IMG/VR virus record: IMGVR_UViG_3300032332_001787
Span: 32,001 to 96,000 of that record
Direction: 5' to 3' (one strand)
Origin: a virus
Taxonomy: Duplodnaviria > Caudoviricetes
Length of the DNA stretch: 64,000 nucleotides
The position numbers and the translations under genes were made by a program. A model generated the notes under the pieces. It worked only from the letters and a program-made list of their open reading frames with translations. It had not been told where the DNA came from and made no database searches. The number at the start of each line of letters is the position of its first letter. Within the stretch, counting starts at the first letter, position 1. Of the stretch, positions 8,700 through 18,673 are shown in pieces.

Positions 8700-10280
8700 A
8701 TGAGTTGGAATGGGTATCAGATGAGTAGGGATATGTGGGGTAACATGAAGCATGAGCATATCCATGTTGGTTGGACTGTGACGTTTGATATGGATGGTAA
8801 GCGTTACTCGTGGAATCTTAATGCAAAGTATAGAACTAAGATTGACGTTGAACGTAGGGTTTTTGAGAAGTATCCTACTGCTACTAATGTTCGTTGCAAC
8901 AAGAATATTTGTGAAGTTTGAAGGGAATAAAATGAGACAGTTAACCAAAAACGAAATAGCCGATCTAGAATTTGACGCTGAACTTATGGGCTTTCGGGTA
9001 GTGTATCTTCCCAAACCTCTTGACTGGAATCATTTTGTGTTGTATTATCTCAAGCCAGAATTGACTTATGTTGGTCACTATCGTGGTTTGAATGAGGTCA
9101 AGCTAGGTATGCAGAAGCACTACAAGCCGGAGTATAGTGAAAAATGAACGATCTACATTATGAATTTTTGTTGAAAGCGATGTATCAAAAACCTAAAAAG
9201 AAAAAGGTTCAACACGGGTCTGCTGGTCGTAACTACTACGGTGAGTTGAAAAGATTTAAAGGCTATCGTGGCCCATTAAAGAAAGATGAAGAGCAGAAAT
9301 GACTAATGAAGAAAAATGGATTGAATATCGTAAGTCTGTAGGCTTGACTGAAAAGTCTCCAGAAATTGAAGCTGGTTGGAATAAGGAATATAATTGTTCT
9401 AACCGAGTTGGTCGATTAATTTACATGAACGATTCTGATACTTACGGAGACTGAAATGAAAACGAAAAAGAAGGTATTGACAGCACACGAAAAAGCTGTT
9501 ATACTCATGAATCGTGAAGCTGGTCGTGCAGTGAATCGTGTGAAGATGTTGGAACGGTTGTATCTTGAAACTATGAAAGCAAAGGAACTTGTTAAATGAA
9601 GTGCGTTGTTACCCATACCGATACTTATGGTGGTGAAGCTAACTATGGTTGGGTGAATCGTTATGAATTCATCCCCAAGAAGAATGCTAGCCAGCGTAGC
9701 GTTATTCGTAAGGCTAAGGCTCTGGCCGGTATGACAGCAGTCAAGGCTGAGACCTATGACTATGGCGACGGCTATACCGTTAAGCCTCGCGGCTATGCTC
9801 AGATCATCTTTGTTGATTTTGAGTAAACTCTCCCTCGTCGTAAACCCTTTGTGTTCAAGCACTTAGGGCCGACGGGGCGGGCCGGGCTTGCTGTAAGTCC
9901 TTATCTACCAACACTTTACGAGAATCCTTACAATCTATTAAGATTCAAGTTACCCCCTTGCAATAGACGATAATAGATAGTAGAATACGATATAGAAGAA
10001 AGGCAAGGGTGAAGACATGAGTCCTGACGGAAGCTATAACGGTTATGTAAACTACCAGACATGGAATGTTTGCTTGTGGATTAGTAATGATGAAAATCTG
10101 TATAGTCTGGCAAAACAGTGTGGTTCTTACGAACATTTCAGGATTTTGATTCGTGAGATTTTTACCACAGCCCCTATCCGATTCGAAACGCCCGATTGTG
10201 TGGCTTGGAATGATAGTGGTATCAACATGGCCGAAATGGTAGAGTATTGGGAAGAAAATTTTTCTAAAGTTTGTGCTTGA
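8700..10280 (+). CDS. small hypothetical proteins 8700-8921, 8931-9147, 9596-9826, 10017-10280
   Basis: Codirectional ORFs inside cassettes R7-R9. Confidence 0.6.
9839..9920. repeat. 82-bp repeat R8
   Basis: CGTAAACCCTT-TGTGTTC-AAGCACTTAGG / 24 / TGTAAGTCCTT-ATCTACC-AACACTTTACG. Confidence 0.9.
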
Positions 10281-10350
10281 CAAATGACGATATATAGTGT
10301 AGACTTGGCGTATGGATGTTGTGATCGATTTTCAATTTGAAAGGGTTTCT

Positions 10351-10755
10351 ATGAACGATGTGATTTTGTTTGGTTCGATTCTGTCGGCTGTTGCCGCTGC
10401 TGTTGTGGGCTTTGTCTTCTATTCCGTTTACGGTGGAAGTAAGGCCAGTTTGGCGAATGCTCAAGAGGGTCAGGTTTTCAACTTTGTCTACGAACAGCCA
10501 TTGCATGGAACGCATGAGCGTTTTCTTGCCAAGGTGATCGGAAAGCAGACGCTGACTGCTGACCAGATTAAGAGACTGAATCGTAAGAGTCGGTATCGTA
10601 TCAATGATCCTGAGTTTGTGCGTACTACCAATCTGGTAACGTGTCGAACTGCGGATGGTAAGGTGCGTAATTTCTATGCAGAACGAGTAACCAAGTGCCG
10701 AAAGCCGTTGCTGGCCGGTGCTTTGTTCAAGAGCGGGTTTGCTAACCTGTTCTAA
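10351..10755 (+). CDS. membrane-anchored protein with WYL-like domain
   Basis: N-terminal hydrophobic helix; VFNFVYEQ...ERF...LVTCRTADGKVRNFYAERV resembles the WYL pattern. Confidence 0.4.
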   Translation: MNDVILFGSILSAVAAAVVGFVFYSVYGGSKASLANAQEGQVFNFVYEQPLHGTHERFLAKVIGKQTLTADQIKRLNRKSRYRINDPEFVRTTNLVTCRTADGKVRNFYAERVTKCRKPLLAGALFKSGFANLF

Positions 10756-10789
10756 AAACTAGCAGTCTCTGCCTACTAACTGACCAACC

Positions 10790-10871
10790 CCTAACCCTTT
10801 GACACCAAAGGACTTAGGGCGAGGTCGGCCGGCCCGCTTCGTCGTAAGTCTTTACGTATCAACGCTTTACG
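10790..10871. repeat. 82-bp repeat R9
   Basis: CCTAACCCTTT-GACACCA-AAGGACTTAGG / 24 / CGTAAGTCTTT-ACGTATC-AACGCTTTACG. Confidence 0.9.
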
Positions 10872-10899
10872 ACAATCTTTTTTGTTCAAGTTTTTCCTC

Positions 10900-10928
10900 T
10901 TGACAGGCCGATAATAGTAGTGTAGAAT
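10900..10928 (+). promoter_or_regulatory. sigma70-type promoter after R9; equivalent promoters at 7930-7958, 8636-8664, 9958-9986, 13617-13645, 14868-14896, 16277-16304, 20073-20101, 21490-21518
   Basis: TTGACA-17-TAGAAT; the others are TTGACA/TTGCAA/TTGACT-16/17-TAGAAT/TAAAAT/TAAGAT/TATACT/TATGAT. Confidence 0.8.
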
Positions 10929-10954
10929 ACAAGGAATCAAAAGGAGAAAAACAG

Positions 10955-11227
10955 ATGTTTATGTTCAATAAGCCGTATGCTTTGACCGATGCTGTGACTC
11001 GTGAGGTTAGTGACGAGGATATGGTAACTTTTAGTGGCCTTAGTGTTGGAGGTCGTGAGTTTAGGATAGTCACGCGACTTGACGATGCCCAGCGTTGGAT
11101 TAATGGAGAGTTGATTCAAGTTGCTTTTCCGTATCTGTCTGCTGATGATCGTGAGATTCTCAAGACGGGAATCGATGCTCAGGATTGGGAAACCATGTTT
11201 GCAGGAACAAGAGAGGAGGATGAGTGA
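10955..11227 (+). CDS. hypothetical phage protein
   Basis: WINGELIQVAFPYLSADDREILKTGI; first gene after the R9 promoter. Confidence 0.65.
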   Translation: MFMFNKPYALTDAVTREVSDEDMVTFSGLSVGGREFRIVTRLDDAQRWINGELIQVAFPYLSADDREILKTGIDAQDWETMFAGTREEDE

Positions 11228-11677
11228 TGAATACTGATACTTATATGGTGATGAAAGGCAATAAAGTTGTAGGTTATGTTCAAGCGTACAGTACCTATCA
11301 TGCCTTGTGTCAGGCGGAAAAGTTGTATGGGAAGAATTTGCTACTTGAGCGAATTTCCAATAGTTGTCCTGCCTAATCCTTCGGATTTGGGCTGGATGGG
11401 TATAGTCAGCCAGTAGTCGGGGCTTGACAAAGAGTCTTTAATAGAGTATACTTGGAGTAAGGAGAAAATTATGCTGACAAGTGAAGAAAAGGGTTTGATT
11501 GCTGGTCGTGTGGCTAGTTTTGCTATGAAGATGGTTATACAGGCTAATGATTATAATCCTGAGGTTATGACCGCAGAACTGGATAAGTTTCAGGCTTTTA
11601 TCTGTAGCGCTCTTGAGGCTGCTATTCGTGATGGTAGGCGTGAAGCACTCGTTACAACTCTTAACTAAGGAAGTATC

Positions 11678-11857
11678 ATGAGAATTTGTCCGTGTGGGTC
11701 TGGCAAGAAAAGTTGGTGGGAAAGTGATGCTAGGGGAATTCCACTGGGTAGGGTTTGTTTGGATTGTTTGGATAAAAAGTTGAGTAAGTATAGGCCAGAA
11801 GTGTTGACCAACTCCAACTACTATGCTGACGAGCCTATTGAGGCCGAGGACTACTGA
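11678..11857 (+). CDS. SEC-C-motif-like zinc-binding small protein
   Basis: MRICPCGSGKKSWW...VCLDC; stop codon 1 bp before R10. Confidence 0.6.
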   Translation: MRICPCGSGKKSWWESDARGIPLGRVCLDCLDKKLSKYRPEVLTNSNYYADEPIEAEDY

Positions 11858-11858
11858 T

Positions 11859-11940
11859 CGTAAGTCCTTATCCTTAAAGAACTTAGGGTAAGGCGGGCCG
11901 GCCGACTTTGACGTAAGTGCTTGTGTATCATAGGGTTACA
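11859..11940. repeat. 82-bp repeat R10
   Basis: CGTAAGTCCTT-ATCCTTA-AAGAACTTAGG / 24 / CGTAAGTGCTT-GTGTATC-ATAGGGTTACA. Confidence 0.9.
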
Positions 11941-11979
11941 TCAACTCTAAAAAATTTTTGGAATTCCTATAGAAGCCTC

Positions 11980-12008
11980 TTGACAAGTGACGATAATAGA
12001 TGTATACT
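11980..12008 (+). promoter_or_regulatory. sigma70-type promoter upstream of the candidate large ncRNA
   Basis: TTGACA-17-TATACT; predicted start near 12015. Confidence 0.85.
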
Positions 12009-12016
12009 TAGCACAT

Positions 12017-12707
12017 AAGCAGATGAGGGCCGCTGGCAGAATGATATCAAAGTAGCCACGGTTAAATGGCTGTCGAGTATGGCTCAACCCTATCTGCTTT
12101 ACAATACAAAACTCGTGGGTCCATGCCTTGGACTAGGTTGGGTAACTCATTACGATAAGCATCGCATGTCGCGGCAGCGATGATGCTGACAGTGCCGGTT
12201 ACGCACTGGATAGTAGTGCTAATCTATGGGGGATCGCGTCCTCACCACGTTATAATACAATCCGGTATTATCCCTCATCGGGTAATAGAGTGAATTAACA
12301 CTGCAACAATGCGCTTGCATTTTATCCTTCATCGGGTAGAATCACTGAAACAACAGCCGGATACCGAACAATCAGTAACCGTTCCCAAGAGCCAGACCAG
12401 AGCGATCTGTTGCTAGCAGACAATCGCTTTGCAGGGAGGATTTCCGTGGACGGTTTCCACCAGTTTTTACCTTGCTCCAAGGGTTCATAATATCGGAGTA
12501 TTGGTGGGTTATAGAATCGGGGCGTAAACGATTCGCTGGTTACAAACAGGGGTCGGATAGAAACCACCAAATGACGGTCTGTGGTTGGTTAATGCGTGAT
12601 ACCGGACATTATCTGTAAAACTATCGTGGTGATAAAACAAGCACGCTCTAGCAGCGTATGGGTGCGATTCCCATATCATCATAAGTCGATCCATTAACAG
12701 CCGGTAT
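12017..12707 (+). ncRNA. candidate large structured ncRNA (~690 nt)
   Basis: Own sigma70 promoter, no + strand ORF >=60 aa, five domains closed by 5-8-bp stems, AC-rich linkers. Confidence 0.7.
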
Positions 12708-12902
12708 ACAATACAAAGGAGAAGAGATGACTAAAGAAGAATCAGACAGAAACGCAGCAATAGTTTATGTTCTTAGGGTTCTAAAAAGCCCAATGATGAT
12801 CAGGAGTCCTGCTAAAAAAGACGCATTGACTTTAGCAGAGAGGTATGGTATAACGGTGACTGATTTGATTAATGAGTATGATGAGATAACAAAGAGAATA
12901 TA

Positions 12903-14400
12903 ATGAACTGGCATTATGGTGATCCGATTTTGAATGGTCAATATCTGTGTTGTGTTAAGGATTATTCTTTCCCCTTTCCGTTGTTCTGGAGTGTGGAGAA
13001 TGGTGGTTGGGGAGATTGGTGGCATGGTTCTCTTGGAGATGAGCTTGAGTCGTGGAATCAGTTTGACAATTCGTTAGTGGTGTGCTATACTAGCTTTCAA
13101 GAAATTCCTATGCCGGAGGGTTGGTAATGATCTACTTAAATATTAATGAGATTGAACGATTGGCCGAAATTGTGGCCGAACTGGTTAAACTGAACATGTG
13201 TGTGGTTGCTGAGTTGAAGGGAACTAAGTGGAGTATTGAGGTAACTAAATAATGGAATGGATTAGTTTTTTTGAACGACAGCCAGAAGATGGTCAGGGTA
13301 TTTGGTATTATGGTGAGCATATTGGTGTGTGGGCTGGAGAGTATTCTTATTCTCCAAATGACCCTTTTAGTCCTCATCTTATATTTTGTCATGAATCTCC
13401 CGGTCTGGTTGACCGAATGGACGCTCCGTGGTGGATGGTTGATGATGGGGTAATGAACAGGCCAATCAAACCAGCAAAAGATTATCCAGCCGATTATCCT
13501 AGTTGACATAAGTCCTTGCTGCTAAAGCACTTAGCTCAAGGGCGGGCGGGCGGTTTCGTCGTAAGTCCTTGCTACTAAAGACTTTATGATTAGCAATATT
13601 TTTTCAAGATTTTCTCTTGACTTGTCGATAATAGTAGTGTAAGATACTAGCAACACGAAAGGGAAAATGATGACTGTATATGAGCTTATCAAAAAGTTAG
13701 AAGATTATCCATTGGACATGAGGGTTTTGACCCTTGGGTATGAGGGTGGGTTCAATGATGTCTCGTTGCAGACCGACGAGATTGTTTTCAATGTGAATGA
13801 TAAGGACAGGTGGTACTATGGTCCTCATGAGTCTGTGAGACATATGGATGGGGATAAGGGTGAGAAGTGCTTGATTATTGGGAGAGGAAAATGAAAACGG
13901 TAGAAAAACACGCCGAAGTACGATTTCATTTGCTCAACGGTAAAAATTTCCGAAAATGGCAAGTAAATATTATGCAAGGTAAGAAAAGGGTTGATCAATT
14001 TTATGTAGACCCGGCCGAGTACCAGTTGGAGATGAGGGGTTGCAAGCTGGTAAATAAGGTAGCTAGGGCGAAATGGGTCAATAAGAAACAGAAAAAGAAT
14101 GTTAGTGGTTGGGTGCAGTGTGAAGAGGTTATGCTTCGCAAAGATTTTTATCCCTCTTTGCCTATTGACAATCTTGAGAAGTTGTATTATAATCCCATTC
14201 GTGATGTTCACTGGCGACGAGAGAGTGATGGTGGTGAGTTTGTTTGGGATAACAGTGAGTATGACACCTTAGTTACCGATGGGCGACAGGTTCATATTCT
14301 AGAAGAACGTAACGGAAATTTTGACGGTATTTACGAGATCGACCCTAAGTATACAGAAAGTTTTGGAATTTATGATCAAAATCGAACTGAGCGTCCGTGA
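12903..14400 (+). CDS. hypothetical proteins 12903-13127, 13252-13506, 13667-13894, 13891-14400
   Basis: Codirectional ORFs; 13506 stop codon abuts R11. Confidence 0.6.
13507..13588. repeat. 82-bp repeat R11
   Basis: CATAAGTCCTT-GCTGCTA-AAGCACTTAGC / 24 / CGTAAGTCCTT-GCTACTA-AAGACTTTATG. Confidence 0.9.
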
Positions 14401-14746
14401 GTCGTTGAACATGATTGCCAACGGTTGCAGTCTTGATATGTTCGACAAGATTGTGTGTGCATTGGAAGTGGCACTGGGTGTGAACCAGCGTCGTATGGTG
14501 ACGATTACCGGAGGTCTGACTCTGGACAATCGTATCCATTCCATCAAGGCTATTCGACTCCACACCGGATGGGGTCTCAAAGAGGCCAAGGATTGGAGTG
14601 ATTATCTGGTTGGTGGCTGGCATTACGACAAGTTCGTTCCTGCCAAGTCCGGGGCCAAACAGAGCATCACTCTGAAAACGCCCGAAGCGGCAGAGGCACT
14701 GCTGCGTGATTTGGTTGGGCTGGGTTGTGAGGGTTATCTCTCATGA
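14372..14746 (+). CDS. protein containing ribosomal bL12 (L7/L12) C-terminal-like motif
   Basis: RIHSIKAIRLHTGWGLKEAKDWSD versus the bL12 pattern KIxVIKxVRxxTGLGLKEAKxxVE. Confidence 0.6.
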   Translation: MIKIELSVRESLNMIANGCSLDMFDKIVCALEVALGVNQRRMVTITGGLTLDNRIHSIKAIRLHTGWGLKEAKDWSDYLVGGWHYDKFVPAKSGAKQSITLKTPEAAEALLRDLVGLGCEGYLS

Positions 14747-14828
14747 CCTAAAGCCTTGTCCCTAAAGAACTTAGGGCGAGGCGGGCCGGCCGAATTTGAC
14801 GTAAGTCCTTATCAGCAAACAACTTAGG
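14747..14828. repeat. 82-bp repeat R12
   Basis: CCTAAAGCCTT-GTCCCTA-AAGAACTTAGG / 24 / CGTAAGTCCTT-ATCAGCA-AACAACTTAGG. Confidence 0.9.
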
Positions 14829-15029
14829 ACAAAATAAAAAATCTTTGAGGCTCACTCAAGTTCCCCCTTGACAATGACGATACTATACTGTAGAATGAGA
14901 GTATCACGAGACAAGACTCCGCAATGATGCCAACAACAGAAACCATCACGACGGACTTGACAAGTGGGTATCAGTAACGTATACTGGTACTAGAACGATT
15001 GGTAACTGTAACATTTTTGGAGAAATGAC

Positions 15030-15287
15030 ATGAAGAAGTTTAGTTTTGTGGTTGATGTTGTGGCTGATGAGCTTGATCGTGATTCGGTTGTGGATTCGAT
15101 TCGTGACTGTCTGAGCGGTAGCCTTCCTGGCGATGTTCATGCGAATGTCAAGGCCGGTGAGGTCAAGGCTTTCAGCGAGCAGGGTTATAAGGTGTGGCGA
15201 GCGAGGGTTACGGGTGTGACAGCCGAGCAGGCTGGCGATGCCCATGATGGTAAGGTAGAAAAGGAAACTGCCGAAGCGGTTGCATGA
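15030..15287 (+). CDS. hypothetical protein
   Basis: First gene after the R12 promoter. Confidence 0.6.
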   Translation: MKKFSFVVDVVADELDRDSVVDSIRDCLSGSLPGDVHANVKAGEVKAFSEQGYKVWRARVTGVTAEQAGDAHDGKVEKETAEAVA

Positions 15288-15358
15288 TCGACCGCAGGGA
15301 GTTATAATGGCTGCGAGCCTCCACGGGACGCCGTGGGGGCTTGCGGTATTGACGAGAC

Positions 15359-15432
15359 GACTCCGTAGCTCAATTGGATAGAGCGAGCGGCTTCTATCCG
15401 CTAGGTTGGGGGTTCGAGTCCCTCCGGGGTTA
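15359..15432 (+). tRNA. tRNA-Arg(TCT)
   Basis: Cloverleaf; AGCGG-CTTCTAT-CCGCT; TTCGAGT loop. Confidence 0.9.
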
Positions 15433-15437
15433 TTGTT

Positions 15438-15512
15438 GGGGGTGTAGCTTAATCAGGTTAGAGCGTCGGCTTGTCAAGCCGAAGGTTGCGGGTTCAAGTC
15501 CCGCCACTCTCG
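15438..15512 (+). tRNA. tRNA-Asp(GTC)
   Basis: TCGGC-TTGTCAA-GCCGA; TTCAAGT loop. Confidence 0.92.
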
Positions 15513-15528
15513 TTTATTATCTGAGTCG

Positions 15529-16116
15529 CTATTGATAGAAATGTTCTTCTCTGTGACAATTACTGCATAAGATAATACATTTATCTATTTCAGTCTTAAT
15601 ATCTTCTAGAGAAGCATTTTTATCTCTGAGCATAGCACCTATTCCATCTGTCTTATTGTTTTCTGTATGATGGAAATCTAAACATTCTGGTGACGACAAT
15701 CCGCATTTATGACATGAAGATTTTTGCTTTAGTTCTAATACATACCTAGCTTTTTTAGTAAGATATTTATATGTATTAGTATGTTCTTTTCTATGGCAGT
15801 TAGAGCAAATAACGTCGCATTTATTTATTTCTGCTAAAACTATTTCGGTTGAATATCCATGACGAATAAGATTGCATACTGTATCTTTTTTTGTATCTGG
15901 ATTTCTATGGTGAAAATCTAGACAATAGAATCTAGTCTCTCCACAGATTTTGCATGGGTTATTTTCTTTGAGGTTTTGAACTAGAGTTCTGTTATGATCT
16001 TTAGTTTTGTTCTTATATCTCTGTTTATATACTCTAACTCTGTCAATATTTTTATTAGCCCATTTAGTATTATTGGTTATTTTAGCTTTGCTTGTTTTAT
16101 TCTTTTTCATGGGCAT
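15529..16116 (-). CDS. HNH endonuclease with two tandem HNH modules
   Basis: Twice CxxC...LDFHH...KCxxxCSNCHRxEH. Confidence 0.85.
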   Translation of the reverse strand: MPMKKNKTSKAKITNNTKWANKNIDRVRVYKQRYKNKTKDHNRTLVQNLKENNPCKICGETRFYCLDFHHRNPDTKKDTVCNLIRHGYSTEIVLAEINKCDVICSNCHRKEHTNTYKYLTKKARYVLELKQKSSCHKCGLSSPECLDFHHTENNKTDGIGAMLRDKNASLEDIKTEIDKCIILCSNCHREEHFYQ

Positions 16117-16165
16117 CTCCTGTATAAATTAATACACCAAATCTTAGCAATACGAGGGGATTTGT

Positions 16166-16247
16166 CGTAAGCCTATACCATCAAAGAACTTAGGAGAAAT
16201 GCGGCGAGCCGGGTTTGACGTAAGTCGTTCTCGCATAAGGACTTAGA
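16166..16247. repeat. 82-bp repeat R13
   Basis: CGTAAGCCTAT-ACCATCA-AAGAACTTAGG / 24 / CGTAAGTCGTT-CTCGCAT-AAGGACTTAGA. Confidence 0.9.
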
Positions 16248-16327
16248 GCAAAATATTTTTCACTAAAGAATATCTCTTGACTTAGCCGATTATTAGGTTA
16301 TACTTGATAGACACGAAAGGGAAAAGT

Positions 16328-17032
16328 ATGAAATACGCTATTGGTAATGACAAGTTGGGTAAGAATTGCTTGGTCGTGAGTCGTCCGGTTGGCGATACTT
16401 GCCCGCCCGATTGCGACTATCTTGGGAATGGATGCTATGCCGAAGCTACTGAAAATCAGTATAAAAATGCTCGCACTGCTGGATTCTCCAATATCATTAC
16501 GGAAAAGAATAAAATCCGTGCGATGATTCTGGAAGCAAAGCGTACCCAAAAAAGTATTCGCTGGCAAGAACGTGGCGATTGGTTTCTTAATGGACAACTT
16601 GACCTAGAATATGTTGCAAACGTAACATGGGCTTGTGAGAGTATTCTGGCCGATGGCGATACTTTGCCCGATATGTGGTTTTATACTCATATCTACGATT
16701 CTCGGCTTGTGAGTCTGGAAAAGTATATGAATGTGTACGCTAGTGTGCATGACGATAATGATATGGGTGAAGCACTATCGCAAGGTTTCAAGCTGTTCGC
16801 ATGGTGTGATAGCGATATGAAAATTGCACCCAAGCGACCCAAGAGCAAAGCAAAAGCCGAAGCATGGCGAAAAGCACTGCCGAAGCTGGTGGTTCTCAAT
16901 GCTACAAAGTTTGTGGTATGTCCAGAAATCCGTCGTGGTCGGTCAGAAATCACTTGCACCGGCACTAAAGATAGTATATCATGTGACTTGTGTGTTCGTG
17001 GTTTGGCTAATGTCTTGTTTCCAGCCCATTGA
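16328..17032 (+). CDS. Gp88-like Cys-rich (putative Fe-S) phage protein
   Basis: TCPPDCDYLGNGCYA...IRWQERGDWF...CPE...CTG...CDLC. Confidence 0.5.
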   Translation: MKYAIGNDKLGKNCLVVSRPVGDTCPPDCDYLGNGCYAEATENQYKNARTAGFSNIITEKNKIRAMILEAKRTQKSIRWQERGDWFLNGQLDLEYVANVTWACESILADGDTLPDMWFYTHIYDSRLVSLEKYMNVYASVHDDNDMGEALSQGFKLFAWCDSDMKIAPKRPKSKAKAEAWRKALPKLVVLNATKFVVCPEIRRGRSEITCTGTKDSISCDLCVRGLANVLFPAH

Positions 17033-17043
17033 AAGGAATAAAA

Positions 17044-17613
17044 ATGAGCTACGTTGGATTGTATGATGATGCAGGAAGTAAAAATGCTTTCTATATTATC
17101 AAAGACAAAAAGATTGACCGTAAACGTGTGGGCTTCAAAGAGTTTGAGAGTGAGAAAGAGGCTAAGTTTGCCCATCGGGTTCAAAAGCATCTGGCACAGT
17201 TTGATTTGGCCCCTATGGTATATGGGGATGTTGGTTTTATTCGTAGGAATGATGGACAATTTACCTACTATGGTTATTTGACCGAAGTTGCTCGACCTAT
17301 GCCAACGTGCCATGATGATGATTGTGATGGCGAATGTTTTCAGAGTGAATGTAGTAATGGCACTACTATCAGTGAAGTAGTTTATGATTTGGGTGAACAT
17401 GGACTAGAATATAACGATGTCCACAAGGGTAATTTTGGTTATGTTCGACGCAAAGGATCATGGGTTCCGGTTGCTATCGACCTTGGGGTTGAGAGTTTTA
17501 CTGATTGGGATGAAGATATTTATGGGAAGTTTGATTATGATGCCGATGAAGATGTTGACAGCTATGGTGCGTGTAATTGTGCTCACTGCAAACAATTTAG
17601 AGACAGGGGATAA
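17044..17613 (+). CDS. protein-kinase-like fold protein
   Basis: GFKEF...LAPMVYG...LTEVA...NDVHKGNFG...VAIDLG (catalytic DxHxxN and DFG-like motifs). Confidence 0.65.
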   Translation: MSYVGLYDDAGSKNAFYIIKDKKIDRKRVGFKEFESEKEAKFAHRVQKHLAQFDLAPMVYGDVGFIRRNDGQFTYYGYLTEVARPMPTCHDDDCDGECFQSECSNGTTISEVVYDLGEHGLEYNDVHKGNFGYVRRKGSWVPVAIDLGVESFTDWDEDIYGKFDYDADEDVDSYGACNCAHCKQFRDRG

Positions 17614-18017
17614 TCATGGCAAAGTATTATATCAAATGTGGAACACTAGAACTAATTTACTCTTGCAATAAATGTCCAAGGGATGCTGCAATGGATGCTA
17701 TATGGGAAACGAATGAAAATGATACACTAGATGAACACTTCTATATAGATGAGCGTGGGTATAGAGACTATGTTACTGCTGATGGACATACTTGTGTATT
17801 AAATACTGGTCATATTCTCATAGACGCAGGATGGAGTATTGAATAATGTGGACAAAAATAGACGATAAAAAAGTAAGACACTTATGGGAATGTGCTGATT
17901 GTGATAATCTAGTTTATGTAGAGCCTTGGTTTTATTCAGAAAACGGCGAACCTTTTTGTACAACGTGCGAGAAGGATATGGAGTATATTCGAACAGAAGT
18001 AGATATGTAGCCTTTTC

Positions 18018-18099
18018 CGCAAACCCTTACTGCATAAGCACTTAGGGCGAGCGGGGGCGGCCGAATTTGACGTAAGTCCTTAGCCCGCAACACTTTAGA
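18018..18099. repeat. 82-bp repeat R14
   Basis: CGCAAACCCTT-ACTGCAT-AAGCACTTAGG / 24 / CGTAAGTCCTT-AGCCCGC-AACACTTTAGA. Confidence 0.9.
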
Positions 18100-18153
18100 G
18101 CAAATTCAAAAATCTTCTAAAGTTTCCCTACTGGATTAGTCGATAATATTGGT

Positions 18154-18549
18154 ATGGAAACGAAGCAAGAAACCAAAAGGAATGGACAGATGATCCAGTG
18201 GGTAGGGATTCTGATTACTCTGGTGGGTTTGGCCTATACGGGAATCAAAGATTATCAAAAAGGTGATATAAAATTCCCTCCCATGCCTCAGAAACCGGCC
18301 TTGACAAAGGTAGTTTATCCGGTACAATACTGTCTGATGGCTTACGATCCTAATGTTGACAAAGTTTTTTATCTACACGAAAACGGACAATGGCATGATT
18401 ACGCTCCACAACAACGACGATATGAGACCACGCCGCAACCATATCAAACTCAAGGTGCGACCGCAGTGGCAGGTTCCTACGGGTCACAAGGAACACCGAC
18501 ATACCGTTATGGACAATCGCCCCAAGCGTCAACGAACCCGATCCGCTGA
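18154..18549 (+). CDS. membrane-anchored protein with Q/P/T-rich tail
   Basis: WVGILITLVGLAY transmembrane segment. Confidence 0.6.
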   Translation: METKQETKRNGQMIQWVGILITLVGLAYTGIKDYQKGDIKFPPMPQKPALTKVVYPVQYCLMAYDPNVDKVFYLHENGQWHDYAPQQRRYETTPQPYQTQGATAVAGSYGSQGTPTYRYGQSPQASTNPIR

Positions 18550-18599
18550 AAACCGCAGGGCTTGCGAGAACGGAGACTATTGACTATAATAGTAGGATT

Positions 18600-18672
18600 G
18601 CCGATGTAACTCAGTTGGTAGAGTAGCAGTTTTGTAAACTGCCTGTCATCAGTTCGATTCTGATCATCGGCT
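18600..18672 (+). tRNA. tRNA-Thr(TGT)
   Basis: GCAGT-TTTGTAA-ACTGC; GCCGATG/CATCGGC acceptor. Confidence 0.92.
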
Positions 18673-18673
18673 C

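Noticed and set aside
12322-12694. Minus-strand ORFs 12322-12570 and 12509-12694
   Set aside because: Antisense to a promoter-driven structured region, against the local gene direction, with no motifs.
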